Source: Hamiltosporidium tvaerminnensis FI-OER-3-3
Taxonomy: Eukaryota; Fungi; Microsporidia
Assembly (NCBI GenBank): GCA_022605425.2
Contig: JAKIMF020000001.1
Span: 2,418,001-2,482,000, forward strand
Direction of reading: 5' to 3'
DNA length: 64,000 nt
A program made the translations under genes and the position numbers. Shown here piece by piece: positions 22,578 to 37,855 of the stretch. Numbering within the stretch: position 1 is the first letter of the stretch; each line of letters begins with the position of its first letter. The notes beneath the pieces are model-generated. The model ran no database searches, was not told where the DNA came from, and was given only the letters and a program-made list of their open reading frames with translations.

Positions 22578-25500
22578 TAAATGTTTATTCTGTATCAGAT
22601 TTTTTACTTATATTATACCTACATAGCCTTTTTTATTAAACTATTTTACTATATTTAAAGATAAGGGTTTGATTTCGACCATTTTATCTAGATTTTAAGA
22701 TTTCATAATTTTGCTATTTGATTAATTAAAGATTTCTTACTCCTTAGAGTTTATATGTAATTAATTTTTTAGTTTTTACTGTATCTATTGCGTCTCAGAT
22801 GTTCCTTTTCTATATCTGGTTGGTATTTAATTTAAATATACATATTGATCGAAAGAAATGAGCAGACTGTTTTTAAGTATTTTAGGCGTAAGAATTTATT
22901 CTGCTGGGAAATATATAATTACATTTTATAGTTTTTGTGGTATTTCATACAATTGATTTTTTAAAAATTTCTATATTTTTTTGTCAGTGATAAGGTATCG
23001 TAGAACTTCATATTGTATTCTTTTAATTGTATTTTAATCGAATGTACCATATGTTTATAAAAAAACCTCAAAGACCAGTCAAACATTTATATAGCTAGTC
23101 GTTAATACTTAAAAATTGTTTTCTTTTCTGTTTTCGACGAGAAGAATCAAAGAAATAGCTAAAATATTTAGAAATTGTAAAACTTTAGCCAAATTCAAGC
23201 AAGAGTATTTTAAACTCACTTTTTTATTTGAATCACAAGTATAAAGATTTAAAGATATAATTAGAATTAAATTTACAACATTAGTCTATCGAAAAACATT
23301 TGGTGATTTTTTTAGAATAAAATATAATTAATATACTTAATAAAGTAAATATAACTTAAAACTTTATGATTTCTAAAATATCTTTTGAATTTTAAAATAT
23401 CTTAAAAACTTGATAGAAAGTATTTTTATATAAATTATTCTAAAATCTTTTTCTTTATAAAATATATTTAAAAAGCACAAAATTACTCGTTTAATCCTCT
23501 AAAGTTTCAATAAAAAACACAGATATTTTCTAATTTAATATTTGTAAAACGGATATTAAAATTAATCAATGAAAAATTTACTTGAAACAGAAAAATAATA
23601 TATTTTTAATTAAAACCAATAAGAAATTTGAATATAAAACACTGATTGATGTGTTTTAAAGTGAATTTGAATGACCAATAAAAATGTAAAATTTGTAACA
23701 AAACAAATATAATTTGTACTGATTGTATAAAAGTCATACTTTAAAAGTATTTAAGAGAAATCAAAAGTCAAAACAATGAACTTTAAATTTTTTATATTTT
23801 GCTTTTTACTAAAAGTTTTTTATATCATGGGAGTAAAAGAAAGTGGAGATGAAGATGAGGATAGTGAAAATGCACAATCTTTAGATGAGGACGAAGATAA
23901 AGATTAAAAGGGTAAATAAACCGATCTCTATACATTTATTTATTCTTTATTACGCATGTTAAAAAATATTTTAGTTTTTTAATTTGTAAATTCATTGATT
24001 CAAAAGTAAAGACTGTATTTATAAACTAACAAATGTTTAAACTTATTTTAATTTTTACTCTAAGTAAGTCAATAGAAGTTGATAGTTTATTTTTTTAAAA
24101 TTAGAAACTTTTATTCTCTAAGATGAAAATTTGTTTAATAAAATTGTTATGGAAGAGTTTATTTGGATTAAGTTTGTATTTTATTGTCCTTTGAAAATTT
24201 ATTTGTATAAATGAAAGTAAATTTACTGAGAATAAGTTAAAAAAATTAAAAATGAAATTTTGGCGCATTTAAATCGAAATTTTAATAATTATTGGTTGTG
24301 GCTTAGCAAATTAAAGTTGAATTCGCAAATCAAATATTTTAAAGTAAATTTTTTTGTTCAATAAATAAATTCGGATTGTTATATAATACTGCTTCAGAAC
24401 TGTAAAAGTAAGTTAAGATTATATTTGCTTATTTGAAGTGAGATTTTGCAATTTGGGTTTCTTTTTAATTCTTTATTCTTTATTTTGGTTTCTTCATTAT
24501 AGATCTCTCCTGTTTTATTTGAACTGTTCATTATATTTGAATTTTATTAATGTTTGGAGTCAAAGATTCGATTGTAAGAATTTAGTCTGTACTTTGCATC
24601 CAAATATTTCTCTTTGCTTTCTGCCATTTTCGATTTTAACTGAATCCATATGTTCAAAAATGTAGATTCTTTTTGAATTTCTCTCATTCTATATAATCAA
24701 ACGTTGTAATTTCTGTACTATTATCGGTATTTGATTTATTTAATACACCTGCGTTGATTGAAAAATGACTTAGATTTTTTACTAAGTATAATCTATTACG
24801 GTATTTTTTATTCTATATAACCTTTGCTGCTTTAATAGGCAAATCCCAAAGTATTTGATTAAATACTTTAACAGTATATTGCTTAAGTAATTTTTCAGAA
24901 TTAAACATATAAAAAAGACCCGACATATAGGCGAATATAGTGAACCTTTCTGTTTTTTTGTTTAATTAACTAGAAGACCTTCCGTTAGGTGATTCTGCCG
25001 CGTAGGCATACTCGGGTTAAATTTCTTATATAAAAGAAAGATATTCCGTCATTTTACAAATTTTAGACATTGGTTGTTATTCCAAGTCTACTCATATTTT
25101 TGTAAATATATTTTTTTGATTCATACGATAGAATAACATGTAATTCGTTTTGTAGAATGTATTATAATTTTTTCCAACAAGAAGTATACTAATATAGACA
25201 CCTCGGTTTGACATCTATTATGAGTTTGTTTGAATGTTTGTTAGCACAAAGTTGTAAATGGTTAACCAATTTTTAAAAAGTTTCATCATATCGACGCTTT
25301 TAGAAAGTACTGAAACGGGCAATAATAATCCGATCGATTTAAATAACCCTACAACGCGGCACCACCTAAATTTTAAAACCATTTTTTTTAGAATCACTAA
25401 CACCTTCTTTGCCGATTATCTCTAGTGTATGTAGGCTGTATAAAAATTTTCCATTTGTTAAATATATTTTATAACTGAGCGAAAAGAAAAGCATAAAAAC

Positions 25501-28500
25501 CTATCGTCTGAAAACTGTAAGTTAAATTTTTTTTACCAAGTTTGGTATTTTTTTTTTTTGGGGGGGGGGATAACTCACACTAGATCTACAAATAAGTTTG
25601 ATATAATCCCGACTACACAGATGCAAAGAAACAAATAGAAAATTTCCTTATTTTCATTCTTGAACTTGTGAGGTAACAGAGGAACGGAATAACTAAATAT
25701 GAAGTGTTTTTTAGTTTTCACTATATAAACGTCCATGCATCCAATTCGAAGAAATAAATAGCTCAAACCTACAACATTCGGATAAAAATTTAATAATGAT
25801 ATGACCTATAATTCATTTTATAAGATCCATTTCTTTTACTTATTTAATGCTCAATGTTTCTTAGTCTAAGTATATTTCTTTTTGCAATCGAAAATAAACT
25901 TTGTTTTCGTATTCCTACATTGTTTATTCCTCTGAAGTGGTAGTAAATTCCATTATATTTTCTGTGTAAAAGCGCCATCTGTCTATACAGAATCATTCGT
26001 GATCGAGATTTATAAATAACTTCTGAATCTATAATTTTTTTTGATTTCAATCCTCGCTTTTCCAAAGATTTTAATTAAAGAATATACTGAAAATGAGTTT
26101 AGATCATCCATAAGAAAAGAAATATTAAGTGTTAGTAATATGTACTTGTCTGTAAAACCATCTTTTTATATTTTAGTGAAGTTGCGACAGGAAGAACCTA
26201 TACATAACACAATCAAAAAAAAGAAAAAAACATACACGCAGAATAGAATTTTTGATATATATCTTTATGATTAAACAATATTTTACATATTGATTATTTC
26301 TCTTGTAAATTTAATTTTTGAATGAAGGTATTATCTTACAAAGATTCGAGTTCTTAGTTTATTTTACCAAAAAAATATTATATTCTTCATCGTTAGCTAT
26401 TCTGAAATCCAAGCTATCACTATAAAAGTCGTTTTAATATTCTTTTTTTACAGAAATTTTTAAAAAAAATTCATGTGTTTATTACTCGTGGTTTTCTTTA
26501 CAAAATATTCATCAAACCCTGCACTTAAACCTAATATTTAATGATTTCGACACAAAAACCATCATTTTTTATAGATATTTGACACTCATGTGATTCGTAT
26601 TTAGCCAGAGCCTCGTTTTATATTGGTCATCAAATAAGATTCTAAGTCACAGTAGAATATATTAACTCTAATCTGCCCCACTGTAAAACAGACTTACAAA
26701 TATAAATATTTTAAAGCATTGTTAAGGTTCTATTTATGACCGGTTTTCGTATTTTACCAACTTTACTAAATGTTCAAAGCCTTAAAAAATTTCCTTTCTC
26801 GTTAGGTAAAAACGAAGAATATCTCCTTCAGAATAAACATGAAGAAATATCTTTTTCTTTGCTTTGTATATTTTTTTACCTAAAAAAAACTTATTATTTT
26901 TCTAATTTTAGTTCCCCTTATTTAAAACATATATTGAAGTAAAGGCTAACCCATAAAGAATAAAATATTTAGAAGTAGCTAGCGAATTATTATTCTTCGA
27001 ATGTTTTTTTTGTTGCTTAGATCATTTTTTTTACTATTTATATTAATTATATTGTTCCATACAATATTTTGGTGCATTGGAAACTTTATTTTTAAGATAT
27101 ATTTCTTTAAACTATACTTCGCCTTAAAATAACATTAATATTTATTTCAGAGCTTATATGGTTATGTATGCTAAGAGTATTCACCAGAATTACTTTGGGA
27201 TAGAGGAGAGTTCAATAAAAGAAAGAATGAAGGGCGAGATCTTCAAATGAACAAGAACAAATATGGTTACTTTTGTTGTATACTTGGTTTGGATGCGAAA
27301 TTCTCTTGGATTCAAGCTGATAAACTAAAGGAAGAGTAGTCTTTTGTATTTCTACAGAAAGGACTATAAATCTATTTTATATGAATATTCGTGCTTACAT
27401 TTTATTCTGCTTACCAAAGCTCACAACCCATGATAGAAGTATGCTCGAAGTTATTAACAGGTTTAGATTTTGAAGGATAAAATCGATTTCTTAACAATGA
27501 AAGATTAAATGATTTCCTTCGATTTTATACCGGTTTCAATGCAATAAAATAATGTTTTTGTAGTTATTTGATGAATAAGATTTTTTAAAACCAGAGTTTT
27601 GATGCTTTTTTTTAGATTAACTTAACCTTACTATTATTTTTCTATAGAATTTTGGTAGGTGTCAGTCTTTTGCATTTAGAGCTTTCTCAAAGAAGGCTAA
27701 ACTACCAACAGAAAATTATATATCTATGCCAATTTTCTGTAGAAATCTAGGATTTTATTTGCGGGAGTCTGCCTAGACATATCCATTCGCCTTGAAAATG
27801 AATATGAATTTTGTTATTGTCATTTTTTAAAAATTTAACGTTTTTTAAGTCATTTATAGGAACGGTTTAAAAATTTGCATCAACTAATCAGAATAAAGTA
27901 ATATACGTGATAAAATTACTTATATTGAATTTTTCCTAAGAGTGCTTGTATTTTTTCCTAGATAAATCTATTTGTGGTAATATAAGATTATTTTTTTGTA
28001 AAAAGCATAACTTAAAAACATAAGATGCAATTTTATAGTATGCTTATACTTCCACTATCTTTTTTAGTTATAACTGCATCATAATAGTTGTAAAACGAAT
28101 AACTACTGCATATCCTGCTTCTTTATTATAGTAATTCGGGATTATTTTTCGACTTTTAAAGACATTCTATTATCTTAACTAAACTATAATAGCAAAAAAC
28201 ATAATGTGAAACCATTGTTCGCTATGTCTCTAGAATTAAAAGGTTAGACTATAGAAATATAACCTGGTTTATTCTCAAAGAAGATTTAATAATGTGATTT
28301 GTCATACAGTTGGTTTGTAATACAGGTATCGGTTTAAAGAAGGGTATTTTGATTTGGAATTATGCCCACAGGAGATGCCTCGAAGCTACAGAGTTTAGTT
28401 GTATATTATTAGCCAAATAATATAGTAAAAGCAGAGAGAAGATAATTTTATATAGAGAACCGGTTTCAATTACAACAGCTCATTGTCATAAATGGTTTTT

Positions 28501-29160
28501 TGTATGAACTACGAAGGTATAAAAGATAATACATGCGACATTTCTCTACGTATTTAGAGAAAATCAAGTATTTTTTTAATAATATTTAAACTACATATAA
28601 ATTAATATATTTAGAGCAATAAATGACAAATTATTTATTTTTTTTATTAAAATATTATACTATACTTTTTTAAAATGTAGTATAAAATTTCTATCGGATC
28701 TGTAATAATCTCTATTTTGATGATATTAGCATCAGTAGACTTTCTCCGAAGAAAATCCAAAAATATTTTGATTTTTATATTTAATTTCAACAGAAACATT
28801 TACACAGAAACCATTAGAAAGTCTTTTCTTGCGAATATTTTTTTCAAAATTTATAGAAATTTTTGATATAAAAGTTTGAAATCAATTTCGATCAACTGCA
28901 TATTATCCGAGGAGTATGCCCTTTGATGAATGTTTAAAATGAAATTATATCAAGTTTGTCTGTTCTATATCTACATTTAATATCATGTTTAGATTGGATC
29001 TGATAGAATAATTAACCTGATTATTTTCTAATCGCGGCCGGCTTTCTTGTCTTAATTTATGAATTTATTTCCTCTTTTATTGATTTAAATTACGAGAAAT
29101 GCACTTATTATAATTGCAAAATCCATAGAAATTTTTTTTTACCATGTATTTTTCATATTA

Positions 29161-30849
29161 TAGGGGTTTTCGATCAATATAATAATCCTTGCAATCAATA
29201 TAATAATTTTTCGATCAATATAATAATCCTTGCAATCTTATTAATAATTTTTCGATCAATATCATAATTGTTGCAATCAATATAATAATCATTGCAATCA
29301 ATATAATAATTTTTCGATCAATATCATAATTGTTGCAATCAATATCATAATCCTTGCAATCAATATAATAATTTTTTTAAAAAATTAAAAAATAAAATTA
29401 TAAATAGTACTTGAGATTTATTATTCAATAATCACTTGTCCTTCTTCAGACTTTTGCAAATACCCTAACATTTTACGGTAAAAAGAACTACAATGTTCTC
29501 CCGTGATCTCATTAAATTTTTCACAAATTAATATTCTCAACTGAGGCTCAGTACGAGCACCACCTCGAATTACTTTATTTTTCCAGACTGAGAATACATT
29601 CTCAATTGGATTAAAAAATGGAGAGTAAAGCGGAAGATATTTTATCATACGAAGCAATTTCCTCATCATCATTCAATACCCAATAGTGATGAATTCTCGC
29701 ATTGTCCATTACAAATATTGGAGTCTAAGTTCCTTGCCGTTGACAACTTTCATTAATCTCCTTAATGTATAATTTTAAATCCTCATCATTTATGGCCCTC
29801 TCATGAATCTTATGGTATATCATACCATATTTGTTCATTGCTGCGACTACTGAAATATTTCTAGTTCGGGCTGCTGTTACAGATAAGTATGCAGATTCAC
29901 TTCTCATATTACAACCTCTGCTACAGCGTGTTTCTACTGCAAACCCAACTTCATCTGAAAAGACAAAGTTTTTGTCATCGTTATCAACCTCCAACTCACG
30001 AAAACTAGTTGCGTAATTGGTTCTTAGCTCAATTGTCGAAAGTGTATTTCTACGCTCGAGCACTAATGTTACACGCTTTAGAGTGTAATGGAACTCCCTT
30101 AGTGCGCGATCAATTGTACTAGTTGACACATCAATATTAAATGTACATTTGACCCATTCTGCCAACTCATACAGGGTTTTTGTACATTCCAAATCAACAT
30201 AGGCTTGTAAGCTCTCTTTTATTTCCAAGCTTAACTTTGAGCGCCTATCACCACCTCTTTTATCGACAAATACCAAGCCAGTTTTTAAATATCGTCTAAC
30301 GATACTATTAACCGGCTGGTAATTTATTCGATACATCGAGGCAATTGCGAACATAGAATAGCCTTCTAATGTTTTATCAATTATGCCTTCCCGATCATTA
30401 ATAAAAACCATATGTTTCCTCAGAGTTGGAATGGTGGATAGTGGGAGATTTTCATCATGTAATCCAGATGTTTCCACAAGACACTTCAAAACATTGTCAT
30501 TTTCGCACTCTATACATTCCGGTTTTTCACCTACACGAAAATCATATTTGTTCTCGTTGGTATTTTTACCTGAAAAAGAATTTGACACGGAGTTAATTTT
30601 ATAATGAATGAATTATTTTTTAAATTTTTATGTTTTAAATTTTTCTTTTTTAAAAATAATTATTATATTGATTGTAAGATTTATTATATTGATTGCAAGG
30701 ATTATTATATTGATCGAAAAATTATTATATTGATTGCAAGGATTATTATATTGATCGAAAAATTATTATATTGATTGCAAGGATTATTATATTGATCGAA
30801 AAATTCTTATATTGATTGCAAGAATTATTATATTGATCGAAAAACCCTA
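29161..30849 (-). mobile_element. Tc1/mariner-IS630 superfamily DNA transposon with ~200-bp TIRs built from ~21-bp subunits; TA flanks
   Basis: The left end TAGGGGTTTTCGATCAATATAATAAT.. is the reverse complement of the right end ..ATTATTATATTGATCGAAAAACCCTA. There is TA on both sides and an internal transposase. Confidence 0.92.
29421..30588 (-). pseudogene. Frameshifted Tc1/IS630-type DDE transposase
   Basis: HTH region and FSDEVGF in ORF 29725-30588, MDNARIHH out of frame at ~29686-29709, and YLPLYSPFFNPIENVFS in ORF 29421-29672. Confidence 0.9.
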
Positions 30850-30899
30850 TATACCTATCCTTCGGATTATCTCTTCTGGTGTTAGTTTGAATAAAATGT

Positions 30900-33620
30900 A
30901 TAATAATGTGGCTTCTGGTTTTAATCATTTATTGAAATTACATCCTTTTAATATATTAACCGTCAAATAAATTTTTCTTTTGTATCATCGAGTGTCATTT
31001 GGTTTGAACGGATAAATTTCAATGGAATTTTCAATTTTCCAAGTGTCTTATATAGAAAATTCTGATCAATGCTATCATTTGCTTGTTTGTAATCATCAAA
31101 AATATTATGCTTCAATATATTGTATTCGTAGCATCGTTAAAGTATCATTTTTATCGTGAATATTTTGTCAGTTGTTAATCTACCTCTTTAAAATCTATAT
31201 TGATAGTTGCCAAAAGCATTTCCTGCATTAGATTATAATCTCCAGCAATTATTCGTGTTAGAACTTTGAATCCAACGTTTAGGAGATATTCCTCTATAGT
31301 TGATACACTGTTATTTCAATTCCTTCTTTGAGTAGGGAGCTTCAAGCCGACATTCAATTCGCTAGTTATTTTTTCCTAAGCCAAATTTTCTTGATTGAGA
31401 TATTAAGAGTATCCCTCAAAGAATAGCCTCCGTGTTTAAAGGGCATGACTGTGATCTTGTCTTATCCAGGCGCTCTATTATTTTTTAGGTTTATTATGGC
31501 TTCACTTTTCTTAAATAAGTATGATTCCGGGAAATTGATTTCTTCATAACTTGCTTCAACGAAAAATCTATTATTCGATCTTTCGGGTTATTCTCCATTT
31601 ATTTGCGCGATGGGTTTCAAAGTATTTGGCCAATCTATTTAAGACCTTTTCAACTTCTGTGAGCAAGTATTCGTTTAAATTTTTCACCCAGAGAGATAGA
31701 ACTTAGGAACCTTCTTATCTATTTCTTATCATTGCATACACTTTTCGATTTCTTGTTTCTCCGCCATTTTTTTCAATTGCGTTTATTTAACCAACTTCAC
31801 TTATTCTCTTTGGAATGTTCGTAGTGCTCCAGACAATCCAAAAGGCATTTGAAGGAATTAATAATGTATAATCGATTTACTAAAGGCAATTTTTTTAATA
31901 TCTACTGTGTCCATAGCTATTTGGTAATATCCGTTTGTCAAATCTATTTGTGAAAGATATGTTGCTTCTATTAAGGAATGCTCAGACATTTATATGTTTG
32001 AAAACGGATACTGTTGTACAATGGTTCTGGTATTTAATTTAAGGTAGTCAATGTGTAAACGAATCCCGCCGTTTTTTTAAGATTGGTATGCTGGTGAGCA
32101 GAACGGGAACTCACTATGTCTTATAATATTTAATTGAAGTAAACGATCGAGTTCTTGCTTTAATCTTTTGTCTAGTTTATAAGGGATCGAATAAGGTTTT
32201 GCAAATACAGGCAAAGAAGCATTTAGTGTTATTTGATGTCCTATGTTGGAAATTAATCCGATTTGTAGATTTTCTTTTTTTTATGAAATAATTGCTTGAT
32301 CGAATTCTTCGATTATCTATATGGAAGATACTTTGTCAATAAGCATTTGATCTAGGTCTAGAACAAAAGATGGTGTATTTAGGTTCAATGGTAATTTAAC
32401 AGATCTTATAGTTAATTATTTTTCCTAAAGCTGATCTCTGCATTATGTTTGTCTAAAAAAACAATTCTGAAAATAACGCTACTTTGCATAGATGGTAAAA
32501 CCATTGCATCGACTATAAAAGTAAGAGTTGGATGCAATGTAAATTGGAGCTGAAATTCTACCTTTTCTAATATTTGATAGGTTTCTCTATTGGCTGCTGA
32601 AATGTCTTAGTATTTTTTAATCTAATTAGTGAAATGCCTGTTTCTTTGTGAAATGTTTAGTTGAGGTAACTGTATGATGCTCCAGTATCCACTAATACGC
32701 TATCAAAGATAATATTGTTGGTTTTTGCAGTGAATTCCATAATTTTGACCGGGTATTCTTTTTCTTTAACTAGAATAGATTGCTTTGATTGATTAATTTT
32801 TTTTTTCGTATTATATCTAATTTCTTTTCTTGATGAGCGATGCACTCTTGGTTTGTATATTATTGCTTGTATGGTAAGAGCATTTATACTGCGAATCTGG
32901 TATTTTGTTTGAAAGATAGATTAATCTGATGTTCCTTCATGTATCTTTCACAAACATTTGTTTTTTTGATTCTGTAATAGTGTTGCGTGATCTGCTAGAA
33001 TGTTTCCTCCTGAAATCCACAAGTTTTTTTTCTTTGCTTAGGTATTAGACCTACTATTAAAAAATTAAAATTTTCATATTTACGAATTTCTCGTCAAGCG
33101 GATGGCCGTGATCAAGATTTTTAAGTAAGTTCTCAACTGCGTTTGTACATAGTGGGCGTTCTGTTTTGCTAATACGAGATATTTCTTAATTGGTTTATGT
33201 ATTTGTGCCTATCTGAAAGCCGGAAGAAAAGTGCGATAAGAGTATCTACACATGTCCATAGTCTTGATTGTGATAAAAAATAAGACTATGTGTATATTGA
33301 AAGATGGATAAAAAGCATGTTCAGGCTATCACTCTGATCCCCATTCGTTAATGGTAGTGATTAAACGGAAGTTGGTAACTTATGTGTAAATATGATCGAT
33401 GAATCAGTATAGACGTTCAGTTTTAAAGTTGTAAACTCGGTTGGTGCTTCTATTGTTACCTCGAATCTGAAATTTAAATGTTTCTTCTGGTTGTATAAAG
33501 TTAAGCATTGTGCTACATATTGTTGCATTAATCAGTTTTGAGCCGAAATTCCGTATACCGGCGTATAAGAAGTATTTAAAGGATGGTTTTCATTGACTGA
33601 GGGTCTTCTGTTTTAGATCG
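30900..33620 (-). mobile_element. Decayed Ty3/Gypsy LTR-retrotransposon internal region (protease and RT); boundaries approximate
   Basis: Protease motif VLVDTGASYSYL (~32660-32700). RT motifs KNGGIRLHIDYLKLN (~32035-32078), IDLTNGYYQIA (~31915-31950) and MPFGLSGA (~31826-31849). Many stops, and no LTRs recognised. Confidence 0.85.
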
Positions 33621-33674
33621 TATATTTTTTTAGGGGTAAAAGAAATAATTATTTGACGATTTTAGTGTCATTTC

Positions 33675-34400
33675 TCAGGATGAGTTTACTAATGTTATAT
33701 TTACCGGAAATTCTAAACAATCCCTCTTTTTAATTCCTTCATCCATAATATGGTCACCAACGGTATAAACAAATGTATTTGCTTTTTTTATATGATAAGA
33801 ATCTTTCTTAAACGAAGATCTGAATATATCAGAATTTTTTTCTAAAATATTATCTTTAAAGCTGGATCTATATTTACGAAGTCTCTTAAAGCAGAAAAAA
33901 GCCAATTTTATCTTTTCTATATCACTAAGTAAATCATACTTTATAGTATTATTAGCTTTTTTTTTCATTATTTTCTAATTTATTAAATTGAATTTCTTGT
34001 TTTTTATTTTGAGATGGTTTATCTACAAGCTTTGATTGATAATAAATTTCATTTTTTTTGTATATCATTATAGGAAATTTATATTCCATATGATATTTTA
34101 ATATTGGGAATATCTTATCATCATGATTCCAAATATTGATTTCATGTATTTTAATTGCTGGGTTTTCAAGAAAAGATAAATCTACTTTTTCCAAATCTTC
34201 TTTAGTTTTTATACTCTCTTCTTCTTTCTCCTTTAATTTCAAATTTTTAATGATTTTAAATATACTTTTGTGTATATTTCCTGTTTCATTGCTATCTTGC
34301 TTGCATTCATAAATTTTATTTAAGATTCCAATCAGTTCACTCGATTCAAGCCCTGATTTTTTGTCGCTTCTGAAATATTAATTTTTTTAATATTTACACT
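33675..34400 (-). pseudogene. Probable frameshifted hypothetical gene (two overlapping ORF pieces)
   Basis: ORFs 33952-34242 and 33675-33968 overlap at an A-run and have coding-like Lys/Glu composition. Confidence 0.4.
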
Positions 34401-34769
34401 ATCCTTTATTTTGCCAATCATTTGTTGATTATTGTTTTTTTTATTTTATAGCTTTAAAATCGAGTGTTTGTTCTTAAATTTGCATTGATTTTCTTTATCT
34501 TTAAATAAAGTGTTTCAAAATAAAAAAAAGGTATTAATTTATCTTTTAATCTTTTTTTAATTTTTGAATGATATTACATCAGATATTTAATTAATTTTTA
34601 ATAAAATCATCTGCCATTTATTATCATATCTTATATTGTTAACCTTAAATAAAATAATAAACAATTGAATATTTTAAACCATCAATAGAAGATGTTCTCC
34701 TAAGTATAAGAAAAAAGGTTTATTTAAGCTAAATTTTTTTGAAATATTTTTATTCATATATCTAATTTC

Positions 34770-37700
34770 TTATTTATGCTCGGAACTACAGCTCTGCACA
34801 ATCCTTGGCCTCCTTCTGTAATGCCGCTGACTATTCTCTTTTCAGCGCCACATTCCATCAGTCTTTTACTCCCAGAAGTCAGGCGGTCTTTTCGATTTGA
34901 TCAATCCAGCATGTTTTAGTTTTCCCTCCTTTCCCTTTCCGACTGGTATATGGCTTAAAACGTTAGAAGGTATCCGATGTTTCCCGATTTTTAGCAGGTG
35001 TCTTCCCCAGCGTTGTCTGTTCAGGCATACGCATTCTACGCCTGGCATATACCTTTATTCGAGATAAGTTCCTTGTTGTGTCATTTCCTCTACTTGCAAT
35101 TTTCTTCTTTAGGTCCATAAATACGTCTCGGTACTTTCCTTTTGAACACCGCTAATCTTTGCTCATCAGTCTTCTTCACCACCCAAGATTCTGATAAATA
35201 CATAAGAAAAGATCCAGCAGCGTTTTTTAGGGCATCACTATTATCTTCCTAGTGATGCTTAGACTTAAAGAATTTTAAGAGACTATAATAGCAAATGTTA
35301 GTCGCCTGGATTCTTCTTCATATTTCTTTTGAGCTGTTGTTGTTTCTATCTATTCGGGATCCCAAATAAACAAAATCTTCTACTGTTTCAAAGATATAAT
35401 CCCCGACTTGAAATTGCGTGAGTTTTGGGTCATTACTAAATGTACTATATTTGGTATTGCTGATGCTAATAATAAGGCCTATCTTTTTGGCTAAAGATTC
35501 AAGCCTATGAACGCTCTTTGCGGATTAACTTTTCATCTTGCAATAAGGTAAATATCATCAGCGTATGCTATGATTTTAATTTGCTCGTTAAATACGTGAC
35601 CTCCATTTTTAGGCCTTATTCGCGAAATACTTTTCTTGAGTCAATAAAATAGTAGGCCCGCAAGTGCGTCTCTCGTCTTATAATCATTAAATTTTCAATT
35701 CGTTCTGATAGAGTTGACTCAACTTTGATCTTGACATTCAATCTAGACATTGTCATTTTAGGTAATCTAATCAATTTAGGGGAAATACTAAATCCCTTCA
35801 TTGGCTTTGTAAAGTTTTTTTCTGTTGGCTTTGTCATATGCTTGCTGAGGCTGTAAAAAGGCAGTGAGCACTTATTTTATATTGCAATTTTTTTCCAGAA
35901 TTTGTTTTGGTTTAATAATCTGGTTAGATGTCGACCTATCTTTCCGGGCCGCATTAGTATTCTCTAATGCTGTTCTCTGCATAAGGTAGCAGTCGTGGGC
36001 AAAAAATCCTAGACAGAACTTTGTACGTTGTGTCTAGAAGAGATATTCTTCGGTAATTTTCACAATTCAATGTGTCACCTTTTTTGTGAATCAAAAAGGA
36101 AAGTCTTTATCCCATTCTTTAGGCATTTTCTCTTCTTTCCATATCACCCCAAGATAATACGTCAACTCCTTAATGCAATTTCCACGAGTATTTTTAATGA
36201 GTTCGGTAGAAATTCCGTTCGTTTCAGCGGCTTTAATGTTTTTCGGTTTTTCGACAGCTTTATTTACTTCTTCATAAGAAGGCACAATGTCTTCATAGCT
36301 ACATATATCCTCTGGTTTTTCAAACATGTTGTCCGTGTCTGCTTGATCTCCGCATTCACTCAGTAGTTCTCTAAAATGATATGACTATCAATTTATTACT
36401 CCTTGTGTATCACTTATTATATCACCCGTTTTACTTCTACAGCTATTTGTTTGAGGAATGAAAGCTCGTCTGGTATCATTCACTGGGCTAAACATTTCTC
36501 TGCTCAGTAGTTTAGTATTATATTTCTGATTAGCTCAATTTGCGTCATCATGGTCGTTCTATTATTGTTCGATTTATTCTCTTTTACACATTTCGCGCAT
36601 CTCTATACTTTTTAGTATGCTCTAGACTGCTTTTTTTATATCATCAAGTTGTAGGTTTCATTCTTAGCTTTGGTTATGCTTACACATTCCTCATCAAATC
36701 ATCCATTTATTTAATTCCTTCGCTTAAATCCAATTAATACTCGAACTGTTTTTACTACATTTTGTTTAAGCATGTTCTATTTGCCATCTATATCTTCATT
36801 ACCCCGTTCTCTAACTATTTCGTTAGTTTTTGACTCATAAATTTTCTTTCTTTTTCTCATCCTTTAACATACAAGTGTTATATCTGACAGACCTAGTTCC
36901 TTTTTAATTTCTGGTGTGTAAGATTCTTGCTCTAGTTCGTGCAACGAGGAGTAAATAATCACTATCGGCGTTGGCACTGCGACGTACTCCAACATCAAGT
37001 AAGCTGTAGCTGTGAACCTTGTCAATGGGGATGTGATCTATTTGGCTGACTATATCCCTATCCAGCGTCGTCCAAGTACTCTTGTGTATGTTCTTGTGAT
37101 TAAAAACAGTTCCCCCAAGAATAAATTTCGCTTATTGCAAAATTAATCGGTCGGAATTCATTTTCAGAATGCTCTTAAGTAGACTATAATTTCCAAAACT
37201 GCTACAGACAGAGTCATTACTTATTTTTGCGTTCATGTCTCTTTACAGAAATTTAATGTCATTTCTAGAAAAATCGTCGTATACTTTTCCTCTGAGATCA
37301 TAAAAGGCCCTTTTCCTTCTTCGTTTTATCTTTGTGTGAGCATGAGTATTGATGATACTATAATTAAAAAATTTTCTTCATATTCTGATTCTAAATAGCC
37401 TGAGTGTGTAGGCTTGAAAATGATTACAACCGGTTTTATCATGTTCTCAACCATGAATCCCGTCCCGAGTATGTGGTTTTTTTCGTGACAGCTATAGTAG
37501 AGTGAATGGTTCTTCCTATCTATAATTCCTTTTCCCGTCGTTCTCATTTCTTGTAGGGCTACAATGTCGATTTTACGTTCAAAGATTACATCAGACAGAC
37601 ACTTCAGGGCACCTGGTCTATGTAGGGAACGCACGTTCCATGTTGCAAGTAGAATATCGTTTTTTTGTTTAACCACGCTAGGTAGTTTTTTGATGTTTAG

Positions 37701-37855
37701 TCAGGATGTAATTTCGTTTTTGAGTGTCTTAACATTTTGGTTTTAAAAAGTAGGCTGTTACCTCTAAGTCAAACCCCTTGCCCGGAAGACCAGTTCCTTT
37801 TAGTTGCTTCTTACAACAAGCAGGGAATATTTCAAGCCAATTCTGCTTCCAGTTT
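34770..37855 (-). mobile_element. Near full-length decayed RTE-clade LINE (APE endonuclease and RT)
   Basis: APE motifs LATWNVRSL, DIVALQEMR and QIDHI (~37030-37045). RT motifs AYADDI (~35550-35570) and FVYLGS. Short 3' end and an RTE-type 5' UTR, with multiple stops and frameshifts. Confidence 0.9.

Noticed and set aside
23827-23907. 26-codon acidic ORF (MGVKESGDEDED..)
   Set aside because: It is too short and has no recognisable homology. It may be a gene remnant.
24400-28600. Scattered short ORFs and coding-like patches, plus a T-run/G-run junction at ~25550-25570
   Set aside because: There are no identifiable motifs. These are probably decayed genes or TEs, but that cannot be supported from the sequence.
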